A stretch of DNA of 63,667 bases, the filler included, from Octopus bimaculoides (Eukaryota), in assembly GCF_001194135.2 (NCBI RefSeq). It is 8 parts of 6 records of this genome, joined end to end, with 100 filler letters (N's around TTAATTAATTAA, not from the genome) between each part and the next. Parts side by side here need not be neighbours in the genome. Positions count along the whole stretch, not along the records: positions 20,474 to 32,617 come from NC_068991.1; positions 32,718 to 40,062 come from NC_069003.1; 6 more parts are not named here. One strand, 5' to 3'. The position numbers and the translations under genes are program-made. The notes beneath the pieces are model-generated. The model was not told the origin of the DNA. It saw only the letters and a program-made list of their open reading frames with translations, and did not search any database. Positions within the stretch are counted from its first letter, which is position 1; the number at the start of each line of letters is the position of its first letter. Below are positions 25,741 through 36,680 of this stretch, one piece after another.

Positions 25741-25867
25741 AGAGTTCAAAGTACAACTTTGCTTTCATCTTCCTAGAGTCGATAAAATAAAGTACCAGTC
25801 AAGTTCTGAAGCTTATATAATCAGTGATACCTTCTAAGAAAGGTAGTGGCCTTGTACAAAATTTAGA
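25741..25867 (+). mobile_element. SINE family C fragment
   Basis: gagttcaaa...ctttgctttcatcttcctagagtcgataaaataaagtaccag...ggccttgtacaaaattt. Confidence 0.6.
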
Positions 25868-26032
25868 TGTCAATATTCATAATGGAGAGAGAAAGAGGGA
25901 AAGAGAGAGGAGGAGGGGAGAGAGGGGTGAGAAAGGGGGATAGGGGAGAGAGAGAGAGAGAAAGCGAAGAATTATGTAATATGGGACAAGTTACAACATT
26001 CAGTAAAAGATATATAACCCCAGACATGGCTA

Positions 26033-26570
26033 GGCGCAGACATAGCTGTGTGGTGATGAAGCTCGCTTTACAATCACGTGGCTTCGAGTTCAGAGTTCAG
26101 TCCCGTAGCGTTGGCATCCTGGGCAAATGTTTTCTACTATAGTTCCGGGTTGACCAATGCCTTATGAGTGAATTTGCTAGATAGAAACTGTGAGGAAGCC
26201 CGTCATATATTTCTCTGTATGTGTATGTGCGTGCGCGCGCGCGTGCTTGTACCATCACTATCGCTTGACAACCGGTATTGGTTTGTTTTTATCCTCATAA
26301 CTTAATGGTCAGTAAGAGATACCGACAGAATAAATATCAAACTTTAAAAGATTGATACTGGGGACGATTTGCTCGACTAAACTGAGGTGTGTGTGTGTTG
26401 GGGGGACTTTCTAGATGGCACGCCTAACGAAAAATTACTTTGAATTTCTAAATAGTGCCATTTCTGATGCGGCCTGTTTATCGCAAAAGTTTACCCATGT
26501 CTGGGCTAAACCCTGCAAGGCGGTGTCCCAGCATATCCATAGTCCAATGACTGAAGCAAGCAAAAGATAA
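26033..26570 (+). mobile_element. Diverged SINE family A copy interrupted by a 121-bp insertion (26383-26503)
   Basis: Head, middle and 3' end are recognisable; the consensus resumes at cctgcaaggcggtgtcccagcat after the insert. Confidence 0.75.
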
Positions 26571-27124
26571 CAGATATGGCATCTCTTTACAGTTTGAAAT
26601 TCATGAAAAAAGCATTCATAATCTGGAAAATTTGTGACTAGTTCTTTATTTTCTTTTAAAATATAACAATTTTAGGGTTTCGTTAGTATTTTTGTTTAGC
26701 CCAAGACCAACCCACTCCCACCTCACGCTCCGGTCAACCTCATCGAGAAGGCTTCATCAAGATTTGCAGTAGGAATGTGCAGGCCTCATACTGTTATGAG
26801 TTATGGCTTCATAATGTTATGAATGTCCGTAAGATGTCGTGTCAGGATGTTATCTTTTATTTCATTTTTATTTATTTACTTTTGAAAGCAGAAAGATCCG
26901 GCTTCTGTAAGGTATAAAAATATTGTGTCCACTTGTATGCATTAATTAATTAGAAGAATCTTTTGTTAACGATGTAGCTTGCATTGGGATTATTTGTTTT
27001 ATGTTAAATGTTTATTTATAGTTTTTAATTGTTACTTGTTGCGCTGCAGTTTATAAGTTTATCGAAGGAAAAAACAAAACAGAGGACAAAAGATATAATT
27101 ATCAAGGTTATATATGTATATGTA

Positions 27125-28369
27125 TAAGAGTGAGAGCCAAAAGTTATACACACCCTTGTTTTTTTCAGCATAAAAACAGGGAATAAACAAGTACGTCATT
27201 TTTCTATATAGTCTCCTTCCTTTAAGTCCAGCGGTCCACAAGCTTGCATACTCCCTCCAAGAAAAAGGTTTTCGGATGGTCGTGAAACCATTCATGCACT
27301 GCTGCCTTCACATCTTCATCCGCAGGAAACCGACGACCTCGTAAAGCATCTTTGAGCTGTTCATAGATATGATAGTCGGAAGGGGCGGAATCTGGGCTGT
27401 AGGCAAAGTGTTCCAACACCTCAAAATCCAATTGGTTAATGGTTTCAACGGTCAGGGCGGCCGTGTGTGGGCGTGCATTGTCATGCAACAACAAAACTTT
27501 CTTCAACAATAGGCTTCGGCACTTGGTGCGAATTGCTTCCTTCAGTTTGTTGGCCAGTAAAGCACTGTATCTTGCACTGTGGATCGTACACCCGTTTTCT
27601 AGATAGTCTTCCAGTATAGGCCCTTTTGGGTCCTAAAAATAGGGGTAGGATCACCTTTCCAGTATAGGCATTTCCAGTATAGGCCCTTTTGGGTCCTAAA
27701 AATAGGGGTAGGATCACCTTTCCCGCTGGCACGCCAAGAAGTTTCCACTTCATACTCTGTATTTTGGATTCTGTCTCATAAGTATGGACTCACGGTTCAT
27801 CTCCTGTGACTATTCTGCTCAAAAGTTCCTTGCCCTCATTGTTGTAGCAATCGAGTAAACGTTAGCAGACCTCAAGACGTTTGCGCTTGTGCTCTGCAGT
27901 AAGCTCTTTTGGCACCCATCTTGCACAGACTTTATGGAAACCCAGCTCATCATGGATGATATGATGGGCAGAACCATGACTAGTCTGCAGAGAACGAGTT
28001 ACCTCATCGATGAGAACTCGCCGGTTCACCATTAACATCTCTCGACCTTGCTGAATCTTCTCGTCAGTGATGGAGATTGACAGGCGTACCCCTACTGTGC
28101 TAAAAGCCTCCGATTAATTTCAGCACCTGACACAACTTCCGACCAGGGATCTCGGATCACTACTTTCTGTTCTTCTTTGGTTCACATTGCTACTGGAGCA
28201 GCCATGCTTACATTGTAAAACCAGAAAGAAAAATGGCACAATCAGGCTCAAACTTCGATCACCTGGCTACAATAGTACCAACTATAAGCATGCATGCGCA
28301 GAAGGCAGTGTGACAATAATAAAGATACGTTATGGCGAAAGTGCAGATAATTTTTGACTTCCCCTCGTA
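27125..28369 (-). mobile_element. Mariner (Tc1/mariner, D,D34D) DNA transposon, decayed, about 1.25 kb
   Basis: The right end reads TACGAGGGGAAGTCAAAAATTATC on the minus strand; a degenerate partner TAAGAGTGAGAGCCAAAAGTTATA starts at 27125 (about 20/30 identity by eye); TA-rich flanks. Confidence 0.85.
27196..28205 (-). pseudogene. Mariner transposase pseudogene
   Basis: MAAPVAM*TKEEQKVVIR..., WVPKEL, TGDEPWVH, HDNARPH, YSPDSAPSDYH, ending ...KEGDYIEK*. Carries stops, frameshifts, a deletion in the HTH region and an internal duplication. Confidence 0.92.
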
Positions 28370-28714
28370 TATATATATATGTGTGTGTATGTGTGTGTGT
28401 GTGTGTGTGTGTTATAGTGGAAATGATACACCCCTCCCACGGGACAAGTGGACAAGTCTCACTATAAAGTAAGACGACGTCAACCGGTACAGGGAGTCAT
28501 GTGTCAGTATTTTTTTGGTGTTGGTAGTGGTTTCTTTAACGTTGGTAGTGGTTTCGTTACACATTGTTATTAATAATTGTTGACGGTCTCCCGGTGTGGG
28601 TGTACCACGATTTGTTAAATTGTTTGAATTGTTGAATTTTCATCACTGTTATGTTTGCATGTTATTTGAATCTGTTTATCCCCATAAGCGGGAGAAGTGG
28701 AGAAAGGAAGAGAG

Positions 28715-30042
28715 ATGGAGAATGAACAAAGTTACGCAGCCGCAACAGCCCAAGGTATAAATGCCAACACCCTGTAAGTATAGGAAATAAAAACGGAGCC
28801 AAGAAAATGGAAGGAAGGAAGCAAATTGCTAGAAAAGGAAGGAGCCAGTCTAAGGCTGAATCTTCCAGAAGAATTAATAAACAACGTGATGAAAAGGACG
28901 GTGGTATACAGGAAGTTGTCCACGTCTTCTAACAAGATAGAGGTAGCCCCAATAGAGGCAATAGAGGAGTGCCTTGAAAACGTTAAACGATTGACCACAT
29001 TCTAAACACGTGGAAAGGAGTACGGCACAGTGGAGGTAAGGTTTGGCAACGAGGAAGATGCTATAAGCCACTCCACTGTGCCGATAGGGACACAGGAATG
29101 CGTACTTCTGCCGACTTACTGCGGTAAACACATCGCCAGAGTAAGAATTGGCAGAGTTCCACGACGAAATTTAGGAAGCATGGCTGGTGGCAGCCATAAT
29201 GCATGGTATGGAGAATGAGGTGAAAATCTTCAAGATAACGAGGACCAAAAAGGTCAATTGGTGGGAGTATGGCTCGAGATGGCCATACAGGTGAGTTTAA
29301 GATCTGTATGGCATCACAGAGGAAATCGTACTCCGAGAAGACACCAGACTTCGAGTAGTAGTATTAGAAAGAATACCACCAACATGCTTCCTATGCAGTA
29401 AAAAAGGGCATATGAAAGTAAGGTGCCCTGAGAAGGAAAACGAAGATGAGGAGAAGAAAAGTGAAGAAAAACGTACCGAAGAAGTGGTGCCAGTAACAGA
29501 GAAGGATAGAGTGGAGGAATATTTCACAGTCGTGAACAGGAGGAAGAGAAAAGAACGGGATGAGCTCTCCTCCAGAGAGCCAAAAAAAAAGGTTGAAAGA
29601 GATCGAGATGGAGGAGACTAGAAACAGGTGCGAAACACCAACAGAATTAATAATGGAAGAAGGCGCAGAGACAGAAACATCATTACAACAGGATGTGGAA
29701 GGCGGCAGCGTTATTGATTTTTTTACACATCCGGACAGCCCAGGTCCGGAGTCGAAGCAAGCGGAGGTGAAAAGGAGAAAATGCAAGTGGCATATGGTCA
29801 CGTATGCCAAAAGCACGGTTATAGAACGAAAGCTCGCAAAGTATAAATCAATAATAAGAGTAAGGCTGCTTCCAGAAAAATACTCGGAAAAGACTAAAGG
29901 AATAATCATAGATAGAAAGAGATTTGAGAAATTGAGAGAACTGTTTGGAAGCAGCAAAGACCCGTTGGGAGTTGAAATCGAGTTCGAGGAACTACCACCA
30001 GTCGTTAATTTCGAAGATCTAAAACCATTAATGAACGTTTAG
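28715..30042 (+). pseudogene. Tx1/L1-clade LINE ORF1 (gag-like, CCHC zinc knuckle), disrupted
   Basis: MENEQSYAAATAQG start, RRM-like segment (YGTVEVRFGNEEDA...PTYCGKHIARVRIGRVP), CFLCSKKGHMKVRC at 29385-29426, K/E-rich linker, ending EELPPVVNFEDLKPLMNV*. No ORF2 follows. Confidence 0.75.
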
Positions 30043-30109
30043 AAAAAAAAACAAGTAAAATTTGTCAAAAAAAGGAAAAATAGATTTTTAAAAAGATTTT
30101 AAAAAACGA

Positions 30110-30660
30110 TACTACCACCTGACTTCTTTCCTTCAGAAAGTCATGATGCCATTCTCCCAGTTTTCCGACTATGCCGAGATCATGCAGTTTGTGACATATC
30201 ATTCCATGATCGACTTTATCAAAGGCCTTTGCAAAGTCGAGATATATCACTTTCACATTTGAGTGGTTGAGTAGTTGTTTCAGCACCCAATCATAGTGTT
30301 GTAAGAGCTGAGTCAGGCAGCTTCTTCCTGGTCAGAAATCATGTTGGGTGTCAGGCAGCAAGTCACTTTCTTCAAGGAAGGCGATTAGTTTTCTTCTGAC
30401 TATTCGTTCCATGACCTTGCTGATGGGCGAGGTCAGAGAGATAGGTCTGTAGTTCTTGGCCTCCGCTCTGCTACCTCCTTTATGAATAGGGCATATTTTA
30501 CCCTCCTTCAGTTTTCTTGGAAGTTTGTCAGTTGCAAGGAAGCTCTAAAAGAGGGACTGCAGTGGTCTTGATAGGACTCGCTTATATACTTTTAGAAGGA
30601 TTGCTGGGAATCCATCAGGGCCAGTAGCTGAGTTTGGGTTCAATTCATCTATAGCCCTTA
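30110..30660 (-). pseudogene. LINE ORF2 reverse transcriptase domains 0-3
   Basis: SATGPDGFPA, PIHKGG, NYRPISLTS, GRSCLTQLL, IYLDFAKAFDKVDH, ending at FLKERSQVVV before the GVPQG and YADD motifs; internal stops. Confidence 0.92.
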
Positions 30661-30806
30661 TTACATTGTCTTCTTTTATATTGATGTAATCGATCATCAT
30701 TGCCTCTGTTTTTATATTTGCAGTAGTAAAAAAGTCAGTTGGATTGCTGACTTGAAAGTGTCCTAGGGGTGGAGTGAAAATACTTTTGAATTGCTCATTT
30801 AGTATT

Positions 30807-32159
30807 TCACATCCTCATTGGGTTTTCTGTGAGAGTACCATCTTTTTCTAGGAGTGGCCCCATCCTGTAGTGCACTGAAGCTGTTTCTTTGGTAAACTTG
30901 TTGAAATCTTTGGGGTTAGGTTTTATATTGTCTATAGCCCAGGCTTCTTTGTCTGCTCTTTCTTTTTCATGGGAGAGTTGCAGATTTTTTTCAATCTCCA
31001 GCAGTTGTATTTTCAGGCGGGACTTTTCACTGCTTTCAATTTGTTTGTTTAGGCGATTTGAAACTTTTGTACGCCGTCTCATAAGAATTTTCCTCTCCCT
31101 GGGGATTTTATTCTTGTGTACAGTGGCCTTTCTTTCCGGGACACATTTACAGCATATGGCTTGCATTACAGACATGAATTGTTGAAGTTTCATGTCGATA
31201 TTCATTGAGGAGAGATATTTAGGCCAGTTTTGTTTGAGGATCTCTTTCTCAATTTGTTTCCCGCTTGCCTTATGAAAGTTCAAGCTGGAAAGATTCTGAG
31301 AGTTTCTTGTAGGCTGCATGTCCATGATTTCCTTTGGTCCGTACATGGTCAGCTCTACCATGTTGTGATCCGAGAGTAGCATCGGTGTCACCTTCACATT
31401 ATGGATGAGATCAAGATTATTTGTGAAGCAGAGATCCAGTATGTTACCTGCCTTGGTTGGCTGGAGTACTATTTGTTCCATGTACAAGTTGATGAGGTTC
31501 AGTAGGGACTTCACCTGTCCTTGTTCGCATCGTGTCATTCCTGGGAGAGAAAGGCCCTCGGGCCATCTGACATTGAGCAGATTGAAGTCTCCCATAAGAA
31601 GAGCACTTATGTGTTGTTCTAATGTGACTAGAACTTCTATTTTTGTAAGGCAGTTTTCAAATTTGCCTACATGATTCGGAGCATCTGGAGCGCGATATGT
31701 AGCACATATAACTACATCAAGTTGTCTTATATGTACAATTAGTGTGTCACATACTGAATTTGAGGGTGACATGAGGACCTGGGGTGTGAGGTCTTCGTGT
31801 ATGTACATAGCAACTCCACCATGACTCCTTTCTTTCCTGTCAGTCCGTAGTACAACATACTGTGATATATGTATTTCTGCATTTGCTATATCTGGTTTCA
31901 GGTCTGTTTCCGTAAGTGCTAGGCATAAGGCTTGATTGCATGCAGCAAGGTTTCTCAAGAAAGGGATTTTTGTCCTGTTACTAAGTGTTAGCAGTCCTCT
32001 GATGTTCAGTTGGAGCACCAATGTGATGTGTGTGTTGTTGCCAGTGGTGCCCAACTTGGGTCTATTTGCTGTGATATTTGTCTTGTGTATTGGGGATAGT
32101 CCCATGTGTGAGATTGATGCAGCCAGGTCAGCTGCTATACAATCTTTTGTATCATGCAC
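30807..32159 (-). pseudogene. LINE ORF2 APE endonuclease domain and linker (450-aa open stretch)
   Basis: LQLNIRGL, LALTET, GGVAMYI, TYRAP, GDFNL, ILDLCFTN, LSDHNMV are the canonical APE motifs. Confidence 0.93.
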
Positions 32160-32551
32160 AAAAATGATTGTTGTTCAGCATGTTGATAGGTCTGGTTTGT
32201 AGCACGCACTACATCTGCGCACCTCCGTTTTGCGGCAGGTGGTGCGTAGTCCTTTCCTTTTGGTAAGTGGTTTCCGCCTTGTTTCATGTTTATGTGGCGG
32301 GGTCTTTGGTGTGAAAAACGGCAGTTTGCACCTTCCTCTCCATGCCAGCAGACACCTTTCAAGTAGAATTTGCACATTCGTGTGTGCTGTCTCTTTTTAT
32401 CCTTTTTGCTATATGGGTAGTCAGGTTTGCTTCTTTCTTTGGCTGTTTCATCTTTTGTTTTTGTTTTCGTTTTTGCTTCTTTTAGTTGTTCTTTCTTGGC
32501 TCTTTCACCTCCATGTTTTTTTCGTTTTGATGGTGGTAGGGGCACTTGCAC
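32135..32551 (-). pseudogene. LINE ORF1 C-terminal part with CCCH zinc finger
   Basis: CKFYLKGVCWHGEEGANCRFSH (C-x7-C-x8-C-x3-H) at 32309-32374, immediately upstream of the APE ORF. Confidence 0.7.
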
Positions 32552-33062
32552 GTGGGTTTACTTTCCGGGTAGGTTTCTCGCTTGAATCTTCTTCTTTGTT
32601 TTCTTGAGTGTCGATTANNNNNNNNNNNNNNNNNNNNNNNNNNNNNNNNNNNNNNNNNNNNTTAATTAATTAANNNNNNNNNNNNNNNNNNNNNNNNNNN
32701 NNNNNNNNNNNNNNNNNGGTCTGTTTGTGTATATATATGCGCATACACATAAGTATCAATATTTTCATAGAAACACAGTATTAACCCCATTTATAATGCC
32801 TTTTTATTACATAACATTCCTTTCCAAAAAATTTTTTTATTGTATTTATATCATCCCATCTACTCCAAAATCTACACTCTGAATTTTCCTTCCCTCTCTC
32901 TCCCTTTTTTTTTTTTCTCCTCCTTCCTTTCTTGTCCTAAGTACTATCTGGTAGCGTCCACATCTCTAACGGTTTTTTCAAATGAATTACGTTATAACCT
33001 TATCCAACTATAGTTCTCATACTCGGTCATAATGTCTTACGTTTAAGATGATCCCCATACAT

Positions 33063-33146
33063 TTCCCTGAGGAGAAGTTTACATTTTTAACATCGACGAT
33101 TCCTATGGATCGCATAAATTGTAATTCTTCGAAACATATGTCGGAA
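33063..33146 (+). ncRNA. Type I hammerhead ribozyme-like motif (Penelope pLTR type)
   Basis: ttcc-CTGAGGA-gaag...cttc-GAAA-catatg-TC-ggaa: stem I ttcc/ggaa, stem II gaag/cttc, palindromic stem III, GUC triplet at 33140-33142. Confidence 0.65.
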
Positions 33147-33341
33147 TAAAGTATGCAGTTATAACATGCGTTCACTCCAGTCCTCAAATTTATATATAAT
33201 CAAATACCCAAAATATCAAGGAGTTTCTGCCTCAAAAACAGGAATTACACCACAGTTATTTTGTGATCTTTGCTACCCTGGTTTCTATTAACTCATTTAT
33301 TCTATCCGAATTATTATTAATTAGGATAAAATAAATACATA

Positions 33342-33382
<41 letters not shown>

Positions 33383-33540
33383 ATATTGTACCCATATATG
33401 CATGTATATGTCGATATGTAAATACATGTATGTATATATGCATACATTTATATATTATTTATATTATATATATATATGTGTAAATAGAGAAAAGGATAAA
33501 GAGAACAATGGCAAATTTAGAAATATATTTTATGGATAGA

Positions 33541-33589
33541 GTCTTACAGCTGTTTCAGGGAAAATCCAATGCATCCCTTCATCGGAGAC
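33541..33589 (-). ncRNA. Type I hammerhead ribozyme-like motif
   Basis: Minus strand gtct-CCGATGA-aggga...tccct-GAAA-cagctg-TA-agac: stems I and II pair, stem III is palindromic, GUA triplet, U4C core variant. Confidence 0.6.
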
Positions 33590-34712
33590 AGAAATAGTAG
33601 AGGAATCGATTATTATATCTATAAGCGGAGAGTTATAGTAGGAAGTGAGAGTGAGTGTGATGCGCTGAAAAAAGAAAGAAAAAACAGTACTTGGAGTGTA
33701 GCTTCATTCCAGTAGTAAGTATCCGTGTAAATAATCTTTGTGGGAAATTTCCGGAGATAGTTGTTGTATATATATATTGTCAGTGTATCATATATCAGAA
33801 AAATAAGCACACTCTAAAGCATAGCTTCCTAAAGTGGGCGATTTCAATTTACAGGTGGTTGATGGGTGAATTTCTAGAAAATGGTGGATGATTTGAGATT
33901 TTGGTGGGCGATGTGAATATTTTGTGGGCGACAAAGAATTTTTAGAAATCAAGTCTGCATTTACTTATATCTAGGTATGTCTAGAATAAGGATGCACTTT
34001 ATTGATTTGACTACTCCCATAAGATGTTCCTTTGTATTAAAAAAGCAGACTTGTTTATCGATCGAATATTTTTGTTGCACAGTTATTGAGATGTTTGTCA
34101 TATGTGCTAAAAATAGCAGCCAAATAGGCCTAGGCCTTAAATCATCCTCCACCTCATTTTTTTTTTTGTTTTTGGCGAAATCATATGAAATCCCACATGT
34201 AGAATGCAAATTCACAAAAATTTTCTGAAAACTCCAAAAAATAAAAAATTTATGAGGGGTTATATGTCATGTGTAATTCTGTGGTTTCATATCGAAACAC
34301 AAATGCTATTTTCAGGATGTTGACAAAATGTGCAGTCATGCACAAAATGACAGCTTTGAAATCGTGTTTCTTGGTTGGGTGAAAATGATCAGACTTTAAA
34401 CCTCTACAACTTTTTAAAAACATTTTTCTGGAAAAGTATATTAATGTGCCAAATTCTAAAATTTTCGATAAACCTATATTTTTGAAATGCTGGCAGCCAA
34501 ACGAACTAGATCCGTATTTGCTCCAGTAAAGACGTGTCATCTGACTGCTCTATTGACTTCTCTTTGGGAATACCATACTGCCTTTCTGATGCTGTCCATA
34601 CAAAATCATTTTCACATTTTCACTTTACTGATGCTTCCAGTCAAGAAAATTTGTTGACAGCACAGTAGTGATTATTTATCACTTGGATTTATTCCCTCTC
34701 CATTCCTTGGCA

Positions 34713-35636
34713 CACTGGCAGCATTTAGTGGCAAAAAATATGGACGGTAGATTGAATGATGTACTACAGTTAGTTATCAAGACTGTGAACAAATTGAAGT
34801 CCAGTTCCTTGTCTGATCGAATTTTCCGTCAATTCTATCTGAGAAATGATGAGGACTATACTAAACTCTTGTACCATACCAAAGTGCAGTGGCTGTCAAA
34901 AGGAAACTGTGTTTTACGCTTTGTTGAACTGTTTCATATAATCATATCTTTCTTTGAAGATACTCCACTATCTGCTTCATTGATGGCTGCAAGGTGTGAT
35001 ATCCTTTTTCTTTGTGATATATTCACAAAATTAAATGATTTGAATAAGTTATTGCAAGGAAACAGAAAAACTCTCATTGATTGTAAATCATTAATCACGA
35101 CCTTCATTTCGAAATTGGTGCTGTATAAGACTAACATTTCAAAACGTCAATTCCATCAGTTTCCACAACTTGATTCTTTGAAAGTTGAATTGATTGATGA
35201 GGATTTAACTACATATCGCAACTATTTACAATCATTGCACAATGACATGGTGGAATGATTTCAAGATGTTATTGTACTGAATATTTCATATTGGTATAGC
35301 AATCCAATTGAGGTTGACGCAGTTGATTGCGAGGACAATGTTCAGGAGGAATTGATAGAATTACAAAATGACAATGTTGCTCTAATGCAATATCATCGTA
35401 ATGGCAAAGAAGGTTTGTGGTACCATCAAAGTATATTCAATACCTTCCCCAATCTGCTTGCATTCCCTACTTCGTACATGGTTGAATCTGGTTTTAGCCA
35501 TGTTGGAACTTTACTTTGTCATAAAAGAATTGGATTGGATGTGACAAAACGAGGCAACTTGTGGATAAAGTTTACAAGTTTGAAACCGAATGTATCTGCA
35601 CTAGCTACCTCACACCAGACACATGGTTCTCATTAA
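34713..35636 (+). pseudogene. hAT (Buster/Charlie-type) transposase, C-terminal two-thirds
   Basis: HWQHLVAKNM, VIKTVNKLK, LLYHTKVQWLSKG (cf. HTEVRWLSKG), and FPTSYMVESGFS (hAT dimerisation domain), ending SH*; internal stop near 35258. Confidence 0.9.
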
Positions 35637-35696
35637 AAAGTTATATTCTTTCCCTTTATAATACAATCATTAATTATTTTTGCATTGGTAGTTCTG

Positions 35697-35757
35697 ATCA
35701 ATGGTTCATTTGGTTCATCAATGGTTCATCTGTGTGAAAGATCAATGGTTCACCAGT
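35697..35757. repeat. Short repeats (ATCAATGGTTCA x3) downstream of the hAT transposase, possible subterminal repeats
   Basis: Three copies are visible directly; the subterminal role is inference. Confidence 0.5.
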
Positions 35758-36369
35758 GTAAAAGAAAGCGCAAGTTTACTGAAGTTAATAACGTTAACGT
35801 TAGAATTTTATTAACACTAATGACAAAACTAAACCTACAATAAGGGATTTGTAAACAGGGCAATGAGTTTATGATATAGTCTAAGTGTCAAATGATACAA
35901 TAGGGAGGAGTTCTAGGGGATTCAGTGTTGGGGTTGTCAGGGTTTTTTTTTTACACAGGTGGGCTATGGAGCATTTTTTGGTTGATAGGTGAGTGATATT
36001 GCAATTTGGTGCGGAAAGTTTGGGAAACACTGATCTAAAGCATAAAGCAGTAATGTATTTAAATGTAGTTAAGTCTATGTCCTGTCATAGAGTAACCAGT
36101 GGTTTCACATCCACAAAAAGGTTTAGCCCCATGGACATTTCGTCAGACTCTAAAGCCGAAAACAGTGTAACTCTTCACTTCTAGAAGGCAGGAATCCATT
36201 ACAGTAATTTGGTCAGTAAGTCACAAAAGAATAAATATTCTGGGTGAGCAGGGAGGGGTTCTCTCCCTTAAACCAGTTCATCTGGGCCAAAAGAGGGGGA
36301 ATAGGGGATTTTTTTCCCTTGGGCTGCTTTTAGATTGTAAGGACCCTTCCAGGTCTAATTGGAGAACAG

Positions 36370-36680
36370 GGAATCCCATGCTTGCAGCAGGTAGTGTTTG
36401 AAACAGATGAAAGGGTTGTAAATTTCTTTGTGAGTGTTCAGTGATCCAGGCTCCAGGGAGTCTTTGAGTATCCTTACTTGCTCAGCTATACGAAGCTTGT
36501 AGCAGCATTCGTTCCTGTTAATATAAGGTCACTTGATATTGTATGGGGTTCTTTCATCTTTGAGGTACCACACATGGCTGGCCAGGGGTATAATGAATCG
36601 TCTTTCTGAAATCCTGAAAGAGGACCTGTGGTTGTACAGGTGCTGCTTGAAGGCCATCCCAACTGACCTGATATATTTTC
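36370..36680 (-). pseudogene. Penelope-like element GIY-YIG endonuclease C-terminal fragment
   Basis: YIRSVGMAFKQHLYNHRSSFRISERRFIIPLASHVWYLKDERTPYNIK*PYINRNECCYKLRIAEQVRIL...SLNTHKEIYNP, same pattern as 25355-25715. Confidence 0.75.

Larger units (their letters stand above)
30110..32617 (-). mobile_element. CR1-group LINE (ORF1 end, APE endonuclease, N-terminal RT), truncated in RT and running into a scaffold linker at its 5' side
   Basis: Collinear ORF1 C-terminus, APE and RT motifs on the minus strand. Confidence 0.9.

Noticed and set aside
32940-33310. Minus-strand reading as an L1 ORF2 C-terminus (CNSC...ET, FI*KNR)
   Set aside because: Needs several frameshifts and stops, and the same DNA is better explained by the plus-strand hammerhead family shared with 51.4 kb.
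33820-34700. Possible hAT left end (ttcctaaagtgggcg, gtgggcga x3) and coding remnants upstream of the transposase
   Set aside because: No matching right TIR found, and no convincing protein motif in any frame.
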